The notes beneath the pieces were generated by a model, which saw nothing but the letters and a program-made list of their open reading frames with translations, was not told where the DNA came from and did no database searches. Below, piece after piece: positions 18,698 through 28,286 of a DNA stretch of 64,000 bases. Position 1 is the first letter of the stretch. Each line of letters begins with the position of its first letter. Origin of the DNA: Parcubacteria group bacterium (GTDB lineage: Bacteria; Patescibacteriota; Minisyncoccia; UBA10092); NCBI GenBank assembly GCA_016186325.1, contig JACPLW010000001.1, positions 187 to 64,186 of the forward strand, written 5' to 3'. A program made the translations under genes and the position numbers.

Positions 18698-19027
18698 ATG
18701 AAAAAGCTAAAATGGGTGGTTTTGGGTGTTATCGTGTCGGTTCTCTATTTGAATATAGGATATCTTGTCGCTTATTCGCTTGATTCTGGAGTTTCGCAGA
18801 CCGCTTTTTCCGAAGCTGTTTTCAAAACCGTGAATTTTATGAATTCTCTTAATAGGGACAAAGCAGATAATTCTAATACAACTAAGAATATAATTTACGG
18901 AGTCACGATAATTTTTTGGCCCTTTGTAGTGTTAGTTTTTTGGATGGTCAATTTATTTGTTTTGTTATGGACAGTTTTTGTTTGGCTTGTTAACGGTGGT
19001 ATTTTCCGTTGGCTTGGCTTGATTTAG
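18698..19027 (+). CDS. Hypothetical membrane protein
   Basis: Two to three hydrophobic segments; ATG at 18698 after a G-rich SD. Confidence 0.7.
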   Translation: MKKLKWVVLGVIVSVLYLNIGYLVAYSLDSGVSQTAFSEAVFKTVNFMNSLNRDKADNSNTTKNIIYGVTIIFWPFVVLVFWMVNLFVLLWTVFVWLVNGGIFRWLGLI

Positions 19028-19091
19028 GTAGGAAAATTTTAGGGGCTTGACGCCCCTTTTAATATTTGATAAGGTTGTTATATTCTGCAGA

Positions 19092-19212
19092 CAACGGGCA
19101 CAAGCTGCCTTCTCCGCCAACTGGCGGATTCGGCGAGCCGAAGTAAGTCCCGTCGAGGATTACAAAACATTTATGTGTTTTGTGTCGTCTGCGGGCATAC
19201 GCCCGTTTTTTT
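19092..19212 (+). promoter_or_regulatory. Putative ribosomal protein L10 leader RNA, interrupted by a palindromic element
   Basis: Structured region upstream of rplJ: AACGGGC..GCCCGTT closing stem, CCGAAGTAAG..CCCGTCGAGG..CTGCGGG, U-tail; TTGACG..TATATT promoter upstream. Confidence 0.45.
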
Positions 19213-19323
19213 GTTTAGAAATTATCCCTCGACTTTGCTCGGGATCCTGAGCTTGTCGAAGGAGAAATTAGGATTTATCTGGCTTCGCCAGATCTCGCGA
19301 AGCGAGAGAAATTTAGATATAAT

Positions 19324-19851
19324 ATGGCTTTAACACGCGAGCAAAAAGGAAATATTTTAAAAGATTTAAAAGAAAAATTCAGCCGTGCTAAAGCGGTAAT
19401 TTTGGTTGAATTTAATAAACTTCCGGTTAGTAAAACTATGGAACTTCGCCGCATACTTACGGGCATCGGCGCTGAATATAGGGTCGTTAAAAAAACTTTA
19501 ATAAGCCGGGTTTTAAAGTCGGAAAAATACGAAGAAATTAATATAGACGATATAAAAACTCAAGTGGCTTTTGTTTTAAGTTATGATGATCCGGTGCCAG
19601 TGGCAAGTTCGCTTTACAAATTTTCAAGGTTAAATGAAGCGTTAAAAATTTTAGGCGGGTTTCTCGGATTGGATTGGAAAGACAAGGCTAAAGTTATAGA
19701 ACTTGCTAAGCTACCGCCACGAGAAGTTTTACTAGGCCGGGTTGTAAGAGTTATTGCCTCGCCGCTTTCCGGTTTAGCCATCGTGCTTTCTGGCAATACG
19801 CGCAACTTAATAAATTTATTAAATAATTTACAAAATAAAAGGTCGACGTAA
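19324..19851 (+). CDS. rplJ: 50S ribosomal protein L10
   Basis: LTREQK, ELRR, VVKKTL, LAKLPPREVLL. Confidence 0.95.
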   Translation: MALTREQKGNILKDLKEKFSRAKAVILVEFNKLPVSKTMELRRILTGIGAEYRVVKKTLISRVLKSEKYEEINIDDIKTQVAFVLSYDDPVPVASSLYKFSRLNEALKILGGFLGLDWKDKAKVIELAKLPPREVLLGRVVRVIASPLSGLAIVLSGNTRNLINLLNNLQNKRST

Positions 19852-19936
19852 CATTTATGTAGCTGTCCGCCTTCGCATAAAGCTTCGGCGGATGCTCATA
19901 ATTGTTGCTAAAATTTTAAGAAAATTTTAGACAATT

Positions 19937-20323
19937 ATGGCAGACAAATATAATAAAATTATAGAAGAAGTAGAAAAACTTACCGCTCTTGAGCTTTCAG
20001 AGCTTGTTAAGGCGCTTGAAGAGAAATTCGGCGTTAGCGCTTCGGCTCCGACGTACGCCGCAGGCGTAGTCGGAGCTCCGACCTCGCCAGAGGCGAGCGT
20101 CGGAGAAGAAAAAACCGCGTTTGATGTTGTGTTAAAGGGAGCAGGCGATCAAAAAATAGCTGTTATTAAGATTGTTCGCGAAGTAACCAACAAAGGTCTT
20201 CAGGAAGCTAAACAGCTTGTGGATGCCGCTCCGCAAACAGTTAAAAGCGGCGTATCCAAGGTTGAAGCTGATGAACTAAAAATAAAACTAGAGGCCGCCG
20301 GAGCTGTTGTAGAATTAAAGTAA
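19937..20323 (+). CDS. rplL: 50S ribosomal protein L7/L12
   Basis: [40 protein letters not shown]. Confidence 0.98.
   Translation: MADKYNKIIEEVEKLTALELSELVKALEEKFGVSASAPTYAAGVVGAPTSPEASVGEEKTAFDVVLKGAGDQKIAVIKIVREVTNKGLQEAKQLVDAAPQTVKSGVSKVEADELKIKLEAAGAVVELK
20045..20105. repeat. Double-hairpin CTCCGAC..GTCGGAG element in the rplL hinge
   Basis: Same architecture as 42257-42321. Confidence 0.8.
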
Positions 20324-20392
20324 AAAGTTTCTACATTACTTAAAACAAAACGCGCCGTTGAAAACCGGCGCGTTTTGTTTTATTATAAGCAC

Positions 20393-20977
20393 ATGAAATT
20401 TTTATCTGAACCATCTCTTGACGCTATTTTTGACTCTCAAATAAGGGCGAGGATTTTAAAGTTATTTTTGTATAGTCCCGATAAAAATTTTGATTTTGAG
20501 ACAATTAAAAAAATGCTTAACACAGATTCTACTGTAATTAATAGGCAGTTTAAAAGTTTATTAGCAGTAAAATTTATAACCGCCAAAAATGTTGGCGGAA
20601 AGCAGTTTTTTAAAGTTAATGGAAGTTTTGATTTTTATGACGAGCTGAAAGAATTAATTACTAAAGCCAGCCCGGCCTCAAAAGAAAAAATGCTTGAGCG
20701 GTTGAGAAGACTCGGGAAAATAAAATTAGCGGTAATTTCCGGAATTTTTATAAATTCCGACACATCAAGAGCTGATTTGCTAGTAGTGGGAGATGGAATT
20801 AAACAGTCAAAATTCAATAACTTTTTAAAAGATTTGGAAGCCGAAGTCGGCAAGGAAATAAATTACGCCCTGATGACAACGAAAGAATTTAAATATCGCT
20901 ACGACATGTACGATCGGTTCGTTCACGACTTATTGGACTTTAAGCATGAAAAGTTAATTAATAAACTGAAAGTTTAG
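20393..20977 (+). CDS. wHTH plus nucleotidyltransferase-like conserved protein
   Basis: SQIRARILKLF wHTH; SGIF..ADLLVVG..KEINY NTase-like fold. Confidence 0.65.
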   Translation: MKFLSEPSLDAIFDSQIRARILKLFLYSPDKNFDFETIKKMLNTDSTVINRQFKSLLAVKFITAKNVGGKQFFKVNGSFDFYDELKELITKASPASKEKMLERLRRLGKIKLAVISGIFINSDTSRADLLVVGDGIKQSKFNNFLKDLEAEVGKEINYALMTTKEFKYRYDMYDRFVHDLLDFKHEKLINKLKV

Positions 20978-21048
20978 GGCATTTAGCTCAGTGGTAGAGC
21001 GTTGCATTCACATTGCAAAGGTCGCAGGTTCGATACCTGCAATGCCCA
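20977..21048 (+). tRNA. tRNA-Val(CAC)
   Basis: GGGCATT/AATGCCC acceptor, TTGCA-TTCACAT-TGCAA anticodon arm, GCAGG-TTCGATA-CCTGC T arm. Confidence 0.95.
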
Positions 21049-21063
21049 CAAAAAAATTTTAAG

Positions 21064-21172
21064 TTATCCACAATTAGGCCTCTTGCGGGTCTTTTTTATT
21101 TGTATTAAGATTAAATTACTTAGTGGGAGATTGTGGGTAAGTTTGTGGATAAGTATGCTAATCTGTGCATAA
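21064..21172 (+). promoter_or_regulatory. mraZ upstream region with GTGG(G/A) MraZ boxes and DnaA boxes
   Basis: TTATCCACA at 21064, TGTGGATAA at 21144, 1-mismatch boxes at 21132 and 21164; GTGGG repeats at 21123 and 21133. Confidence 0.7.
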
Positions 21173-21211
21173 CTTTATAGATGTCCGACATCTATAAAGT
21201 TAATAATTTAT

Positions 21212-21643
21212 ATGCTTTTAGGCGAATTTAAGCACAATTTAGATTCCAAGAACCGAATCACAATTCCAGCCAAATTAAGATTAGAATTAGGTGAAAAACC
21301 GATTTTAACAAGGGGGCTTGATAATTGTTTGTTCATTTACCCCCACCGCGACTTTGAGCTTTTCATGGAGAAATTAGAAAAACTTCCTTTAAGCCAGAAA
21401 AAAGCCAGAAACTTTAAAAGATTCATGCTTTCAGGCGCTAATGAAATTGAAATTGATGAAATGGGACGCATTCTTATTCCCGAACCGCTTAAAAAATATT
21501 CCGGAATTAAAAAAGAAGTCGTAATAATTGGAGTCCAGGATAAAGTCGAGCTTTGGAATGAAAATATTTGGAACAACTATATTGCCGAGGCTGAAAAAGA
21601 ATCTGGCAATCTGGCAGAAGGGCTAGAACAATTCGGTATTTAA
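21212..21643 (+). CDS. mraZ: Transcriptional regulator MraZ
   Basis: GEFKHNLDSKNRITIP, DEMGRILIP. Confidence 0.97.
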   Translation: MLLGEFKHNLDSKNRITIPAKLRLELGEKPILTRGLDNCLFIYPHRDFELFMEKLEKLPLSQKKARNFKRFMLSGANEIEIDEMGRILIPEPLKKYSGIKKEVVIIGVQDKVELWNENIWNNYIAEAEKESGNLAEGLEQFGI

Positions 21644-21644
21644 T

Positions 21645-22574
21645 ATGCATACCCCGGTTCTCTTAAAAGAAGTTTTGGAATATTTGAATCCCAAGCCGAA
21701 TCAGAATTTTATTGACGCCACAGTGGGTGATGGCGGGCACGCCAAAGAAATTTTAAAACTGACAGCACCTTTCGGCATGTTTCTGGCAATTGATCGCGAC
21801 ATTGATTCAATAATCCGCGCTCGGGCCAATATTGAAAAGTTTGGGAAAAGAGTTCTTTTTATAAACGATTCTTTCGGCAATCTTGGAAAAATTGTTAAAG
21901 ATGCGGGAATCAGCCAGGTTTGCGGAATTCTTTTTGACTTCGGAATGTCCTCCTCGCAGCTTGAAAATTCCGGCAGGGGATTCTCGTTTAAAAAAGACGA
22001 AATTCTTGATATGAGATTTGATGCCAAAAATCCGCTTACGGCCGAAGATATAATCAACAATTACGGTGAACTCGAACTTTTGGAAATTTTTAAAAAATGG
22101 GGTGAAGAACCAAAAGCCCGGCTGATAGCGAAAGCCATAGTTACCGAGAGGAAAAGAAAAAGAATAAAAACAACCGGAGAGCTTGTGAAAATAGTCGAAT
22201 CTGTTAAAAGGCGCGCCGGAAAAATTCATCCCGCCACCCTGATTTTCCAGGCATTGAGGATTGAAGTTAATGAAGAGTTTTCAGAAATTGAAAAAGCGCT
22301 TTCTGCCGTTCCTAATGTCATCAAGCATGATGGCCGCGCGGCATTTATCTCCTTCCATTCTTTGGAAGACCGGATAATTAAAAATTGGATTAAAAAATGT
22401 GCAAAAAATCCCCCACCCTTGGAAGATAAACAAAATTTAAATACTAAGGGCGAAATCTTCCAAGGGTGGGGGATAAAAATTTTAAATAAAAAACCGATAG
22501 TCGCTTCAGCAGAAGAGTTAAAAAATAATCCAAGAAGCCGTAGCGCTAAACTAAGGACAATTAAAATAATATGA
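21645..22574 (+). CDS. rsmH: 16S rRNA m4C1402 methyltransferase
   Basis: HTPVLL, DATVGDGGH, FQALRIEVN, ISFHSLEDR, NPRSRSAKLR. Confidence 0.97.
   Translation: MHTPVLLKEVLEYLNPKPNQNFIDATVGDGGHAKEILKLTAPFGMFLAIDRDIDSIIRARANIEKFGKRVLFINDSFGNLGKIVKDAGISQVCGILFDFGMSSSQLENSGRGFSFKKDEILDMRFDAKNPLTAEDIINNYGELELLEIFKKWGEEPKARLIAKAIVTERKRKRIKTTGELVKIVESVKRRAGKIHPATLIFQALRIEVNEEFSEIEKALSAVPNVIKHDGRAAFISFHSLEDRIIKNWIKKCAKNPPPLEDKQNLNTKGEIFQGWGIKILNKKPIVASAEELKNNPRSRSAKLRTIKII
22408..22474. repeat. 20-bp inverted-repeat element in-frame in rsmH
   Basis: ATCCCCCACCCTTGGAAGAT / ATCTTCCAAGGGTGGGGGAT; encodes NPPPLEDK..IFQGWG. Confidence 0.85.
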
Positions 22575-22674
22575 TCCCGTTAGAAATCTAAATTCAAAAT
22601 AATGGGAAAATAATTTAAGAAATATTGTTAAGAAATATAAATTAATAATTAAATAAATAAATTTCTAACGGGAT
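22574..22674. repeat. CCCGTTAGA..TCTAACGGG element at a start codon
   Basis: 14-bp TIR; ATGA present on both sides; right end runs into the ATG at 22673. Confidence 0.9.
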
Positions 22675-23035
22675 GACGGAAGCTGTATTAAAAATAAAAA
22701 ATCTGGTCTTGGCTAGAGAACGCCGCAGTTTTACAATTGCAGCGTTTAAAAGTATGAAAATGGAAACATTAAATACTGCCATGATTTTAAGTATAATCGC
22801 TCTAATAGTTTTTTATCTTTTTATGGCTAATAACGTGGCTATGGCTAATTACGGCAAGACAGTGCTTCAAAAAGATATTGAAGGTTTAAGAATGGAAATT
22901 AGAAACCTTAATTTGGAACTTACCAATAAAAGAAGCGTTGGTTTTCTTATGAAAGCGGCACAGGATTTAGGGCTTGTTATTAACGAGGGAATTCAGTATA
23001 TTAAAATAATTGGGCCGGTAGCCAAAAATCCATGA
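22673..23035 (+). CDS. FtsL-like cell division protein
   Basis: Single TM plus coiled coil and AQDLGL, between rsmH and ftsI. Confidence 0.65.
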   Translation: MTEAVLKIKNLVLARERRSFTIAAFKSMKMETLNTAMILSIIALIVFYLFMANNVAMANYGKTVLQKDIEGLRMEIRNLNLELTNKRSVGFLMKAAQDLGLVINEGIQYIKIIGPVAKNP

Positions 23036-24675
23036 AGCAAATCGCCAAAAGCCGGATTTTGATTTTAATCTTCATTTTTACGGTAGCAGGCCTCCTTATC
23101 TGGGGGCGCTTCTTTTACTTGACGGTAATTCGCCACGATTATTATTTGGCCAAAGCCAAAATCTTAGTTTCTTTGGATCGGGTTACTCCTCGCGGAAGCA
23201 TTTTTTTGACCGATAAAGATACTTTACCGCTTGCCGCCGCTCTAAATAAGGAATTTCCCTTAGTTTACGCCGTTCCGTCAAAAATAAAAGAATCTCAAGA
23301 TGCGGCAAAAAAGCTGGCGCTAATTTTGGAAATTGATGAGACAACTTTACTCAACAAACTTAATAAACCGAATGATCCGTACGAGGTTTTAAAAAAGAAA
23401 GTTTCCGAAGAGGTTGTTGGCAAAATTAAAACGGAAAAAATTGAAGGCGTCGGTATTGATAATGAAACTCAAAGATACTACCCGGAAGGCCTTTATTTAT
23501 CTCAAGCTTTGGGGTTTTTAGGTTTTACCGAAAGCGGTCAGGCCGGCCAATACGGTCTTGAAGAAAGTTATGACAGGGAACTATCAGATCCGATTTCGGG
23601 CGCCGATTTAATTTTGACGATTGACTCTTCAATTCAAGCGCAAGCGGGACAGATATTAAACAAGCTCGTTAACGAATGGGATGCTGACGGCGGGTCTATC
23701 ATAGTAATGAATCCTAATAATGGCGATATTTTGGCCATGTCTTCTTTGCCGGATTTTGATTCTAATAAATATTCCGAAGTAAAAGACAAAAGTGTTTTTA
23801 TAAATCCGGTTACATTAAAACGCTATGAACCCGGTTCCGTTTTCAAACCGATTACCATGTCTATAGGTATAGAAACCGGAGCTGTTACGCCGGAAACCCA
23901 ATATTATAATACAGGCAGTGTTAAAATTGCCGACCGTGTAATTTCAAATTCCATTCCCGACAAAATTTTGGGGCTTCAAACGATGGTAAAAGTTTTAGAG
24001 CAGTCGCTTAACACCGGCGCCATATTCGTACAGGAGCGTGTTCCAAAAGATGTGTTTCTTAAATATTTAAAAGAATTTGGCATTGACGGTAAAACCGGCA
24101 TTGACGTCAGTGAAGTATCGGGCGATCTCTCGGTATTATTAAACGGCCGCGATATTAACTTTGCCACCGCTTCTTTTGGACAAGGAGTAGCCGTAACTCC
24201 GATCGGGCTTATACGCGATTTAGCGGCTATTGCCAATGGAGGGAAATTAGTAAGGCCGCATCTCGTTTCAAAAATAATTTGGCGCAATGGAGATTTTCGC
24301 GAAATGACGGGCGGCCCCGAAAAACAGATTATTTCTTCTGAAACAGCCGCTAAACTTACCGGTATGATGGTAAAAGTTATAGAAAACGGCAGCGGCCGCA
24401 GCGCTCAAGTTAAGGGATATACTATTGCCGGAAAAACCGGAACTGCCCAAGTGCCTAGTTTAAAAGGAGGGGCGTATTTAGATGAATATATCCATACTTT
24501 TGTGGCATTCGCGCCGGCTTATGATCCGAAGTTTATCGCGTTAATAAAATTAGATAATCCAAAAGGCGTTCGTTTTGCCGAAAGCACGGTGGTTCCTATT
24601 TTTAGGGATTTAGCAGAGTTTATATTTAGTTATTTGCAGATACCTCCGGATAAGCCGATTGAACAATCGCCGTAA
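23032..24675 (+). CDS. ftsI: Class B penicillin-binding protein (FtsI/PBP2 family)
   Basis: RGSI, RYYP, YEPGSVFK, SLN, GKTGTAQ; dcw cluster position. Confidence 0.9.
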   Translation: MKQIAKSRILILIFIFTVAGLLIWGRFFYLTVIRHDYYLAKAKILVSLDRVTPRGSIFLTDKDTLPLAAALNKEFPLVYAVPSKIKESQDAAKKLALILEIDETTLLNKLNKPNDPYEVLKKKVSEEVVGKIKTEKIEGVGIDNETQRYYPEGLYLSQALGFLGFTESGQAGQYGLEESYDRELSDPISGADLILTIDSSIQAQAGQILNKLVNEWDADGGSIIVMNPNNGDILAMSSLPDFDSNKYSEVKDKSVFINPVTLKRYEPGSVFKPITMSIGIETGAVTPETQYYNTGSVKIADRVISNSIPDKILGLQTMVKVLEQSLNTGAIFVQERVPKDVFLKYLKEFGIDGKTGIDVSEVSGDLSVLLNGRDINFATASFGQGVAVTPIGLIRDLAAIANGGKLVRPHLVSKIIWRNGDFREMTGGPEKQIISSETAAKLTGMMVKVIENGSGRSAQVKGYTIAGKTGTAQVPSLKGGAYLDEYIHTFVAFAPAYDPKFIALIKLDNPKGVRFAESTVVPIFRDLAEFIFSYLQIPPDKPIEQSP

Positions 24676-24694
24676 ACAATTTATACTAATAACC

Positions 24695-25918
24695 ATGATA
24701 AACGATAAAATAAGAGTTGCAGTTATTTTTGGCGGCCGGTCGGTTGAGCACGAGGTTTCAATCGTGACGGCAATGCAAATTTTTGAAAATATTAATCGTG
24801 AAAAATATGATATTATTCCGGTTTATATAGATAAATCAGGGCGCTGGCTTGTTAGCGAAGAACTGGGAAAAATAGAAAGTTTCAAGAATCTAAAACTTAA
24901 AGAAATTAACCCGCCAAAATTTTGGAGGAAATTTAGGCGGGTAAAAGCGCCGGAATATTTTTTTGCCGCTTCGCCAAGCATTAAATCTCTCTTGCCAAAA
25001 AGCGCGATAAAATCATTTTTCAGTAAAATTTCCGCCGATATCTATTTTCCTGCCGTTCATGGCACTTTCGGGGAAGACGGTACGCTTCAGGGAATTTTCG
25101 AAATAGCCGACGTCCCTTATGTTGGAAGCGGAGTAACCGGTTCGGCCGTCGGAATGGATAAAATTATTCAAAAATCTGTTTTTAAAGATAACGAAATACC
25201 TGTTGTAAATTATGTCTGGTTTTCAAAAAGCGAATGGGAAAACGAAAAGGATAGGATTATAAAATATGTTGAAAAAACTCTCCGCTATCCTGTCTTTGTT
25301 AAGCCGGCTAACTTGGGAAGCAGTATTGCTATAAGTAAGGCAACGGGTTTTAAAGAACTTCAGGAAGCGCTAGATATCGCTTCCCACTTTGACAGGCGCC
25401 TTATTGTTGAAGAAGGAAAGATAGGAATTGTTGAAATTAATTGCTCTGTTATGGGCAATAATGATCTGATTGCTTCGGTTTGCGAACAGCCGATAAAAAA
25501 TAGCGAGATGCTTACTTACGAAGATAAGTATCTTAAGGGCGGCAAAGTGAAACCCTTCGACTCGGCTCAGGGTAAAGGCATGGCCGGCCTTTCACGCTTG
25601 GTGCCGGCGCCGATTAGCGAGGAACTTACTAAAAAAATTCAGGAAGCGGCAATGCGGGCATTTAAGGCAGTTGACGCCGCAGGAATTTCGAGAGTTGATT
25701 TTATGGTTAAGCTGGATACGGAAGAATTTTGGATTACGGAAATAAACACCTTGCCAGGCTCTTTATCTTTTTACCTTTGGGAAAAATTAGGCATTAATTT
25801 CAGCGAATTGATTGACCGGCTTATAAATCTTGGATTTGAACGCCACAAAGAACGCCAAGAACTGACTTTCAGTTATGATTCGGATTTGATTTCTAAAGGC
25901 GGCGGAACTAAGAGATAA
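24695..25918 (+). CDS. ddl: D-alanine--D-alanine ligase
   Basis: FGGRSVEHEVS, HGTFGEDGTLQG, KPANLGSS, EINTLPG; two in-frame palindromic inserts (24909-24942, 25552-25573). Confidence 0.95.
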   Translation: MINDKIRVAVIFGGRSVEHEVSIVTAMQIFENINREKYDIIPVYIDKSGRWLVSEELGKIESFKNLKLKEINPPKFWRKFRRVKAPEYFFAASPSIKSLLPKSAIKSFFSKISADIYFPAVHGTFGEDGTLQGIFEIADVPYVGSGVTGSAVGMDKIIQKSVFKDNEIPVVNYVWFSKSEWENEKDRIIKYVEKTLRYPVFVKPANLGSSIAISKATGFKELQEALDIASHFDRRLIVEEGKIGIVEINCSVMGNNDLIASVCEQPIKNSEMLTYEDKYLKGGKVKPFDSAQGKGMAGLSRLVPAPISEELTKKIQEAAMRAFKAVDAAGISRVDFMVKLDTEEFWITEINTLPGSLSFYLWEKLGINFSELIDRLINLGFERHKERQELTFSYDSDLISKGGGTKR

Positions 25919-25934
25919 AAAATTTAAATACATA

Positions 25935-26226
25935 AAAATAAGAGACCCCGCACCTGTACAGGTGCGGGGGCAGATTCGCCCATTTGCGGGTAGGGGCCAA
26001 CTCCCGGGAAGACTAACCCCCTTGGTATTACCCCGCAAATGAGACGCTGTATTGGATGGCAGAGCGGAGTTGAACCGTACGTCATCCGGGATAAGCCTGC
26101 CGTACCCACCAGGGCACTCGTCGTAAACGAGCGGGAATCGAACCCATTTTCCGTTCAGGTTCCTCCAGACGACCCACCGGGTCTGCCACCCAAAGTCCGA
26201 CTTTCGAACTTCCGAACTTTTTAACT
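25935..26226 (-). ncRNA. Unidentified structured RNA with two tRNA-elbow-like modules
   Basis: TTGACA (26255-26260) and TATACT (26233-26238) promoter; 12-bp closing stem; two GGTTCRA T-arm hairpins; second long hairpin; terminator CCCCGCACCTGTACAGGTGCGGGG plus U-tail. Confidence 0.7.
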
Positions 26227-26264
26227 AAACCTAGTATATCAAATCCACAGAATTTGTCAAGTGC

Positions 26265-27473
26265 TTAAAAATAGTGGTCGGGGAGGTCGTTTTCCAGTAA
26301 AATTGCGGAATTAGGGATTGTGAGTTCGGAAAGTTTTGATTTGGCCGCGTCTAAATCTGAAACTTCATAAACCTTAGAAATATAATCATTACCATAAACT
26401 TCTTTCAGCCCCTCTGTAAGAGCGTCTTTATTTGTTTCTCCGACCACAATTGTATAGTCGGCGATTTTGGCGGCGCTTCGCGCCGCCTCTTTGTTTAGTT
26501 CAAATTGTTCAGCGCCTAGTTCAATCATTCCCGGAGTAACCAAAATTCTTCTTTCGGCTGAAGTATTTTTCAAAAGTTCCAAAGCCGAATTAAATCCGGC
26601 CGGATTAGAATTATAAGTATCATCTATAATTGTGATATTTGCCGATGTTTTAATAATTTGTTGTCTGTGAGGTGTAGACGACGCTGTTTTTATTCGGCCC
26701 AGTGTCTCGTCCGGTGAAACATCAAAAAAAGCGGCAATTTTAAAAAGTAATTCTTCTTTTGAATTGAAAAAAGCGATTTTTGACTTGATTTTGAAATTAT
26801 TAATTTGCGATTCCAACTCGCGTGGAATTAGCCCAAGTCCATCTTCAGGTAGTGATTCAATAAGTTCCATTTTGGTTTTCAATATATTTTCTCTGGTTTT
26901 AAACCGTTCAAGATGCATCGGACCGATGGCGGTAATTATTCCTATCTTTGGTTTAATAAGCTTGGTAATTGATTTTATGTCTCCCGGCTGATACGCCGCT
27001 ATTTCGCAAATAAAAATCTCGTGGTTCTTGCGGAGATTTCGGATAATTGTTTTGGCAACTCCTAACAGCGTATTATAGTTTCCTTCGGTTCTTAAAGTCT
27101 TATATTTAGGCGTTAGAATGTGATAAAGAGCATCTTTTGTTGTGGTTTTACCGTAAGAGCCGGTGATGCCAATAACTGTTAAATTTGGCATTTTTTTTAT
27201 TTTTTGACTGGCTAAAAAAATTAAAGACTTTTTTAATATATTGTCAACAGGTGACAAAATTTTAGTTGAAATTTCAAGTGCTAATTTAGCATTAACAAAA
27301 ATATTAAAGATGTTGGCTAAAACAAAAATCATTTTTATTTTCAGCGTCCAGTCAATATGCTTCTTTTTCTCTAAAACAACGCGATCGGGATTGTTTTTTA
27401 GCCAATCGCTAAAGCGTTTTAACTCATATTCTTCAAGTTGAAGCAAATACAGTAAATTTCTAAGCGGCATCAT
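26265..27473 (-). CDS. murF: Mur ligase (MurF-like)
   Basis: GITGSYGKTTTK, GNYNTLLG, DDTYNSNP, PGMIELG, ENDLPD. Confidence 0.85.
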   Translation of the reverse strand: MMPLRNLLYLLQLEEYELKRFSDWLKNNPDRVVLEKKKHIDWTLKIKMIFVLANIFNIFVNAKLALEISTKILSPVDNILKKSLIFLASQKIKKMPNLTVIGITGSYGKTTTKDALYHILTPKYKTLRTEGNYNTLLGVAKTIIRNLRKNHEIFICEIAAYQPGDIKSITKLIKPKIGIITAIGPMHLERFKTRENILKTKMELIESLPEDGLGLIPRELESQINNFKIKSKIAFFNSKEELLFKIAAFFDVSPDETLGRIKTASSTPHRQQIIKTSANITIIDDTYNSNPAGFNSALELLKNTSAERRILVTPGMIELGAEQFELNKEAARSAAKIADYTIVVGETNKDALTEGLKEVYGNDYISKVYEVSDLDAAKSKLSELTIPNSAILLENDLPDHYF

Positions 27474-28168
27474 ATGGCAAATTCTTTAATCAATTTAATG
27501 AATTCCTCCGGTTTTTCTAAAAATACGAAGTGCCCGGCATTTTTTATGACTGCAAATTTTGCGCCAAGAATATTTTCGGCGATAATTTTTCCTTCGCTAA
27601 GAGGCGTTATTTTATCTTTTTCTCCCCAGATAACAAGCGTTGGAATTTTCATCGAATGAAAATACGGCCTTAAATCTTCTTTAATAACGTTTTTGAATGT
27701 CTCTTTAAGTTCAGGACCTTCTATTTGGGCGTAATCGGTTTTATCGTATTTTAACAATTTTAAAATTAATTTTCTCAATTTTTCAGGGATGAGCGGTTTT
27801 AAAATATCCACTGTTTTTTTAAGTAAAATCATTTTGCGACGCGGCTGGCGAATTGCACTGGAAGAAACCAATATTAATTTTAAAGCGTAACCGGGATAAA
27901 GCAAACTAAACTTAACTGCCACCGCGCCGCCGAAAGAATGACCGATTATTATTGGATTTTCTATTTTGTTTGTTTTTAAAAATTCATAAACAAAATCAGA
28001 GTAATCTTTGAGTGTCATTGGTTTTTCTATTGGCGTTTGCCCAAAACCCGGCATGTCAAAATCGTAGATATTAAACCCATCTTTTAAGAAATAATAAAGC
28101 GGCTTAAAAATTTCCGAAGAAACCCCCCAGCCATGGATAAAAACAAGCGATTTTTTATTGTCTATCAT
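27470..28168 (-). CDS. Alpha/beta hydrolase
   Basis: HGWG, DMPGFG, GHSFGG, GEKD, AGH. Confidence 0.92.
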   Translation of the reverse strand: MIDNKKSLVFIHGWGVSSEIFKPLYYFLKDGFNIYDFDMPGFGQTPIEKPMTLKDYSDFVYEFLKTNKIENPIIIGHSFGGAVAVKFSLLYPGYALKLILVSSSAIRQPRRKMILLKKTVDILKPLIPEKLRKLILKLLKYDKTDYAQIEGPELKETFKNVIKEDLRPYFHSMKIPTLVIWGEKDKITPLSEGKIIAENILGAKFAVIKNAGHFVFLEKPEEFIKLIKEFAI

Positions 28169-28286
28169 TGCAAAGATTATGCCATAAATTTATTAAAATG
28201 ACAAAAATTTTAAGTTGACCATACGGCGATTTTTTAGTATCATTGTTTTAATATTTGTTATTTGAAAACACAAAACGGAGGTAAAA

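Noticed and set aside
21064-21172. Replication origin
   Set aside because: Only four boxes, no dnaA/dnaN nearby and no switch in gene orientation; better explained as mraZ operon regulation.
25935-26226. RNase P RNA, tmRNA, tRNA or short ORFs as the explanation of this region
   Set aside because: GAAAGTC and GGCTTAT fragments are present but the RNase P GAGGAAAGTCC motif is not; no tmRNA GGGG..CCA ends or tag frame; no cloverleaf; the 61-83 aa ORFs have no coding features. A cmscan run is still needed.
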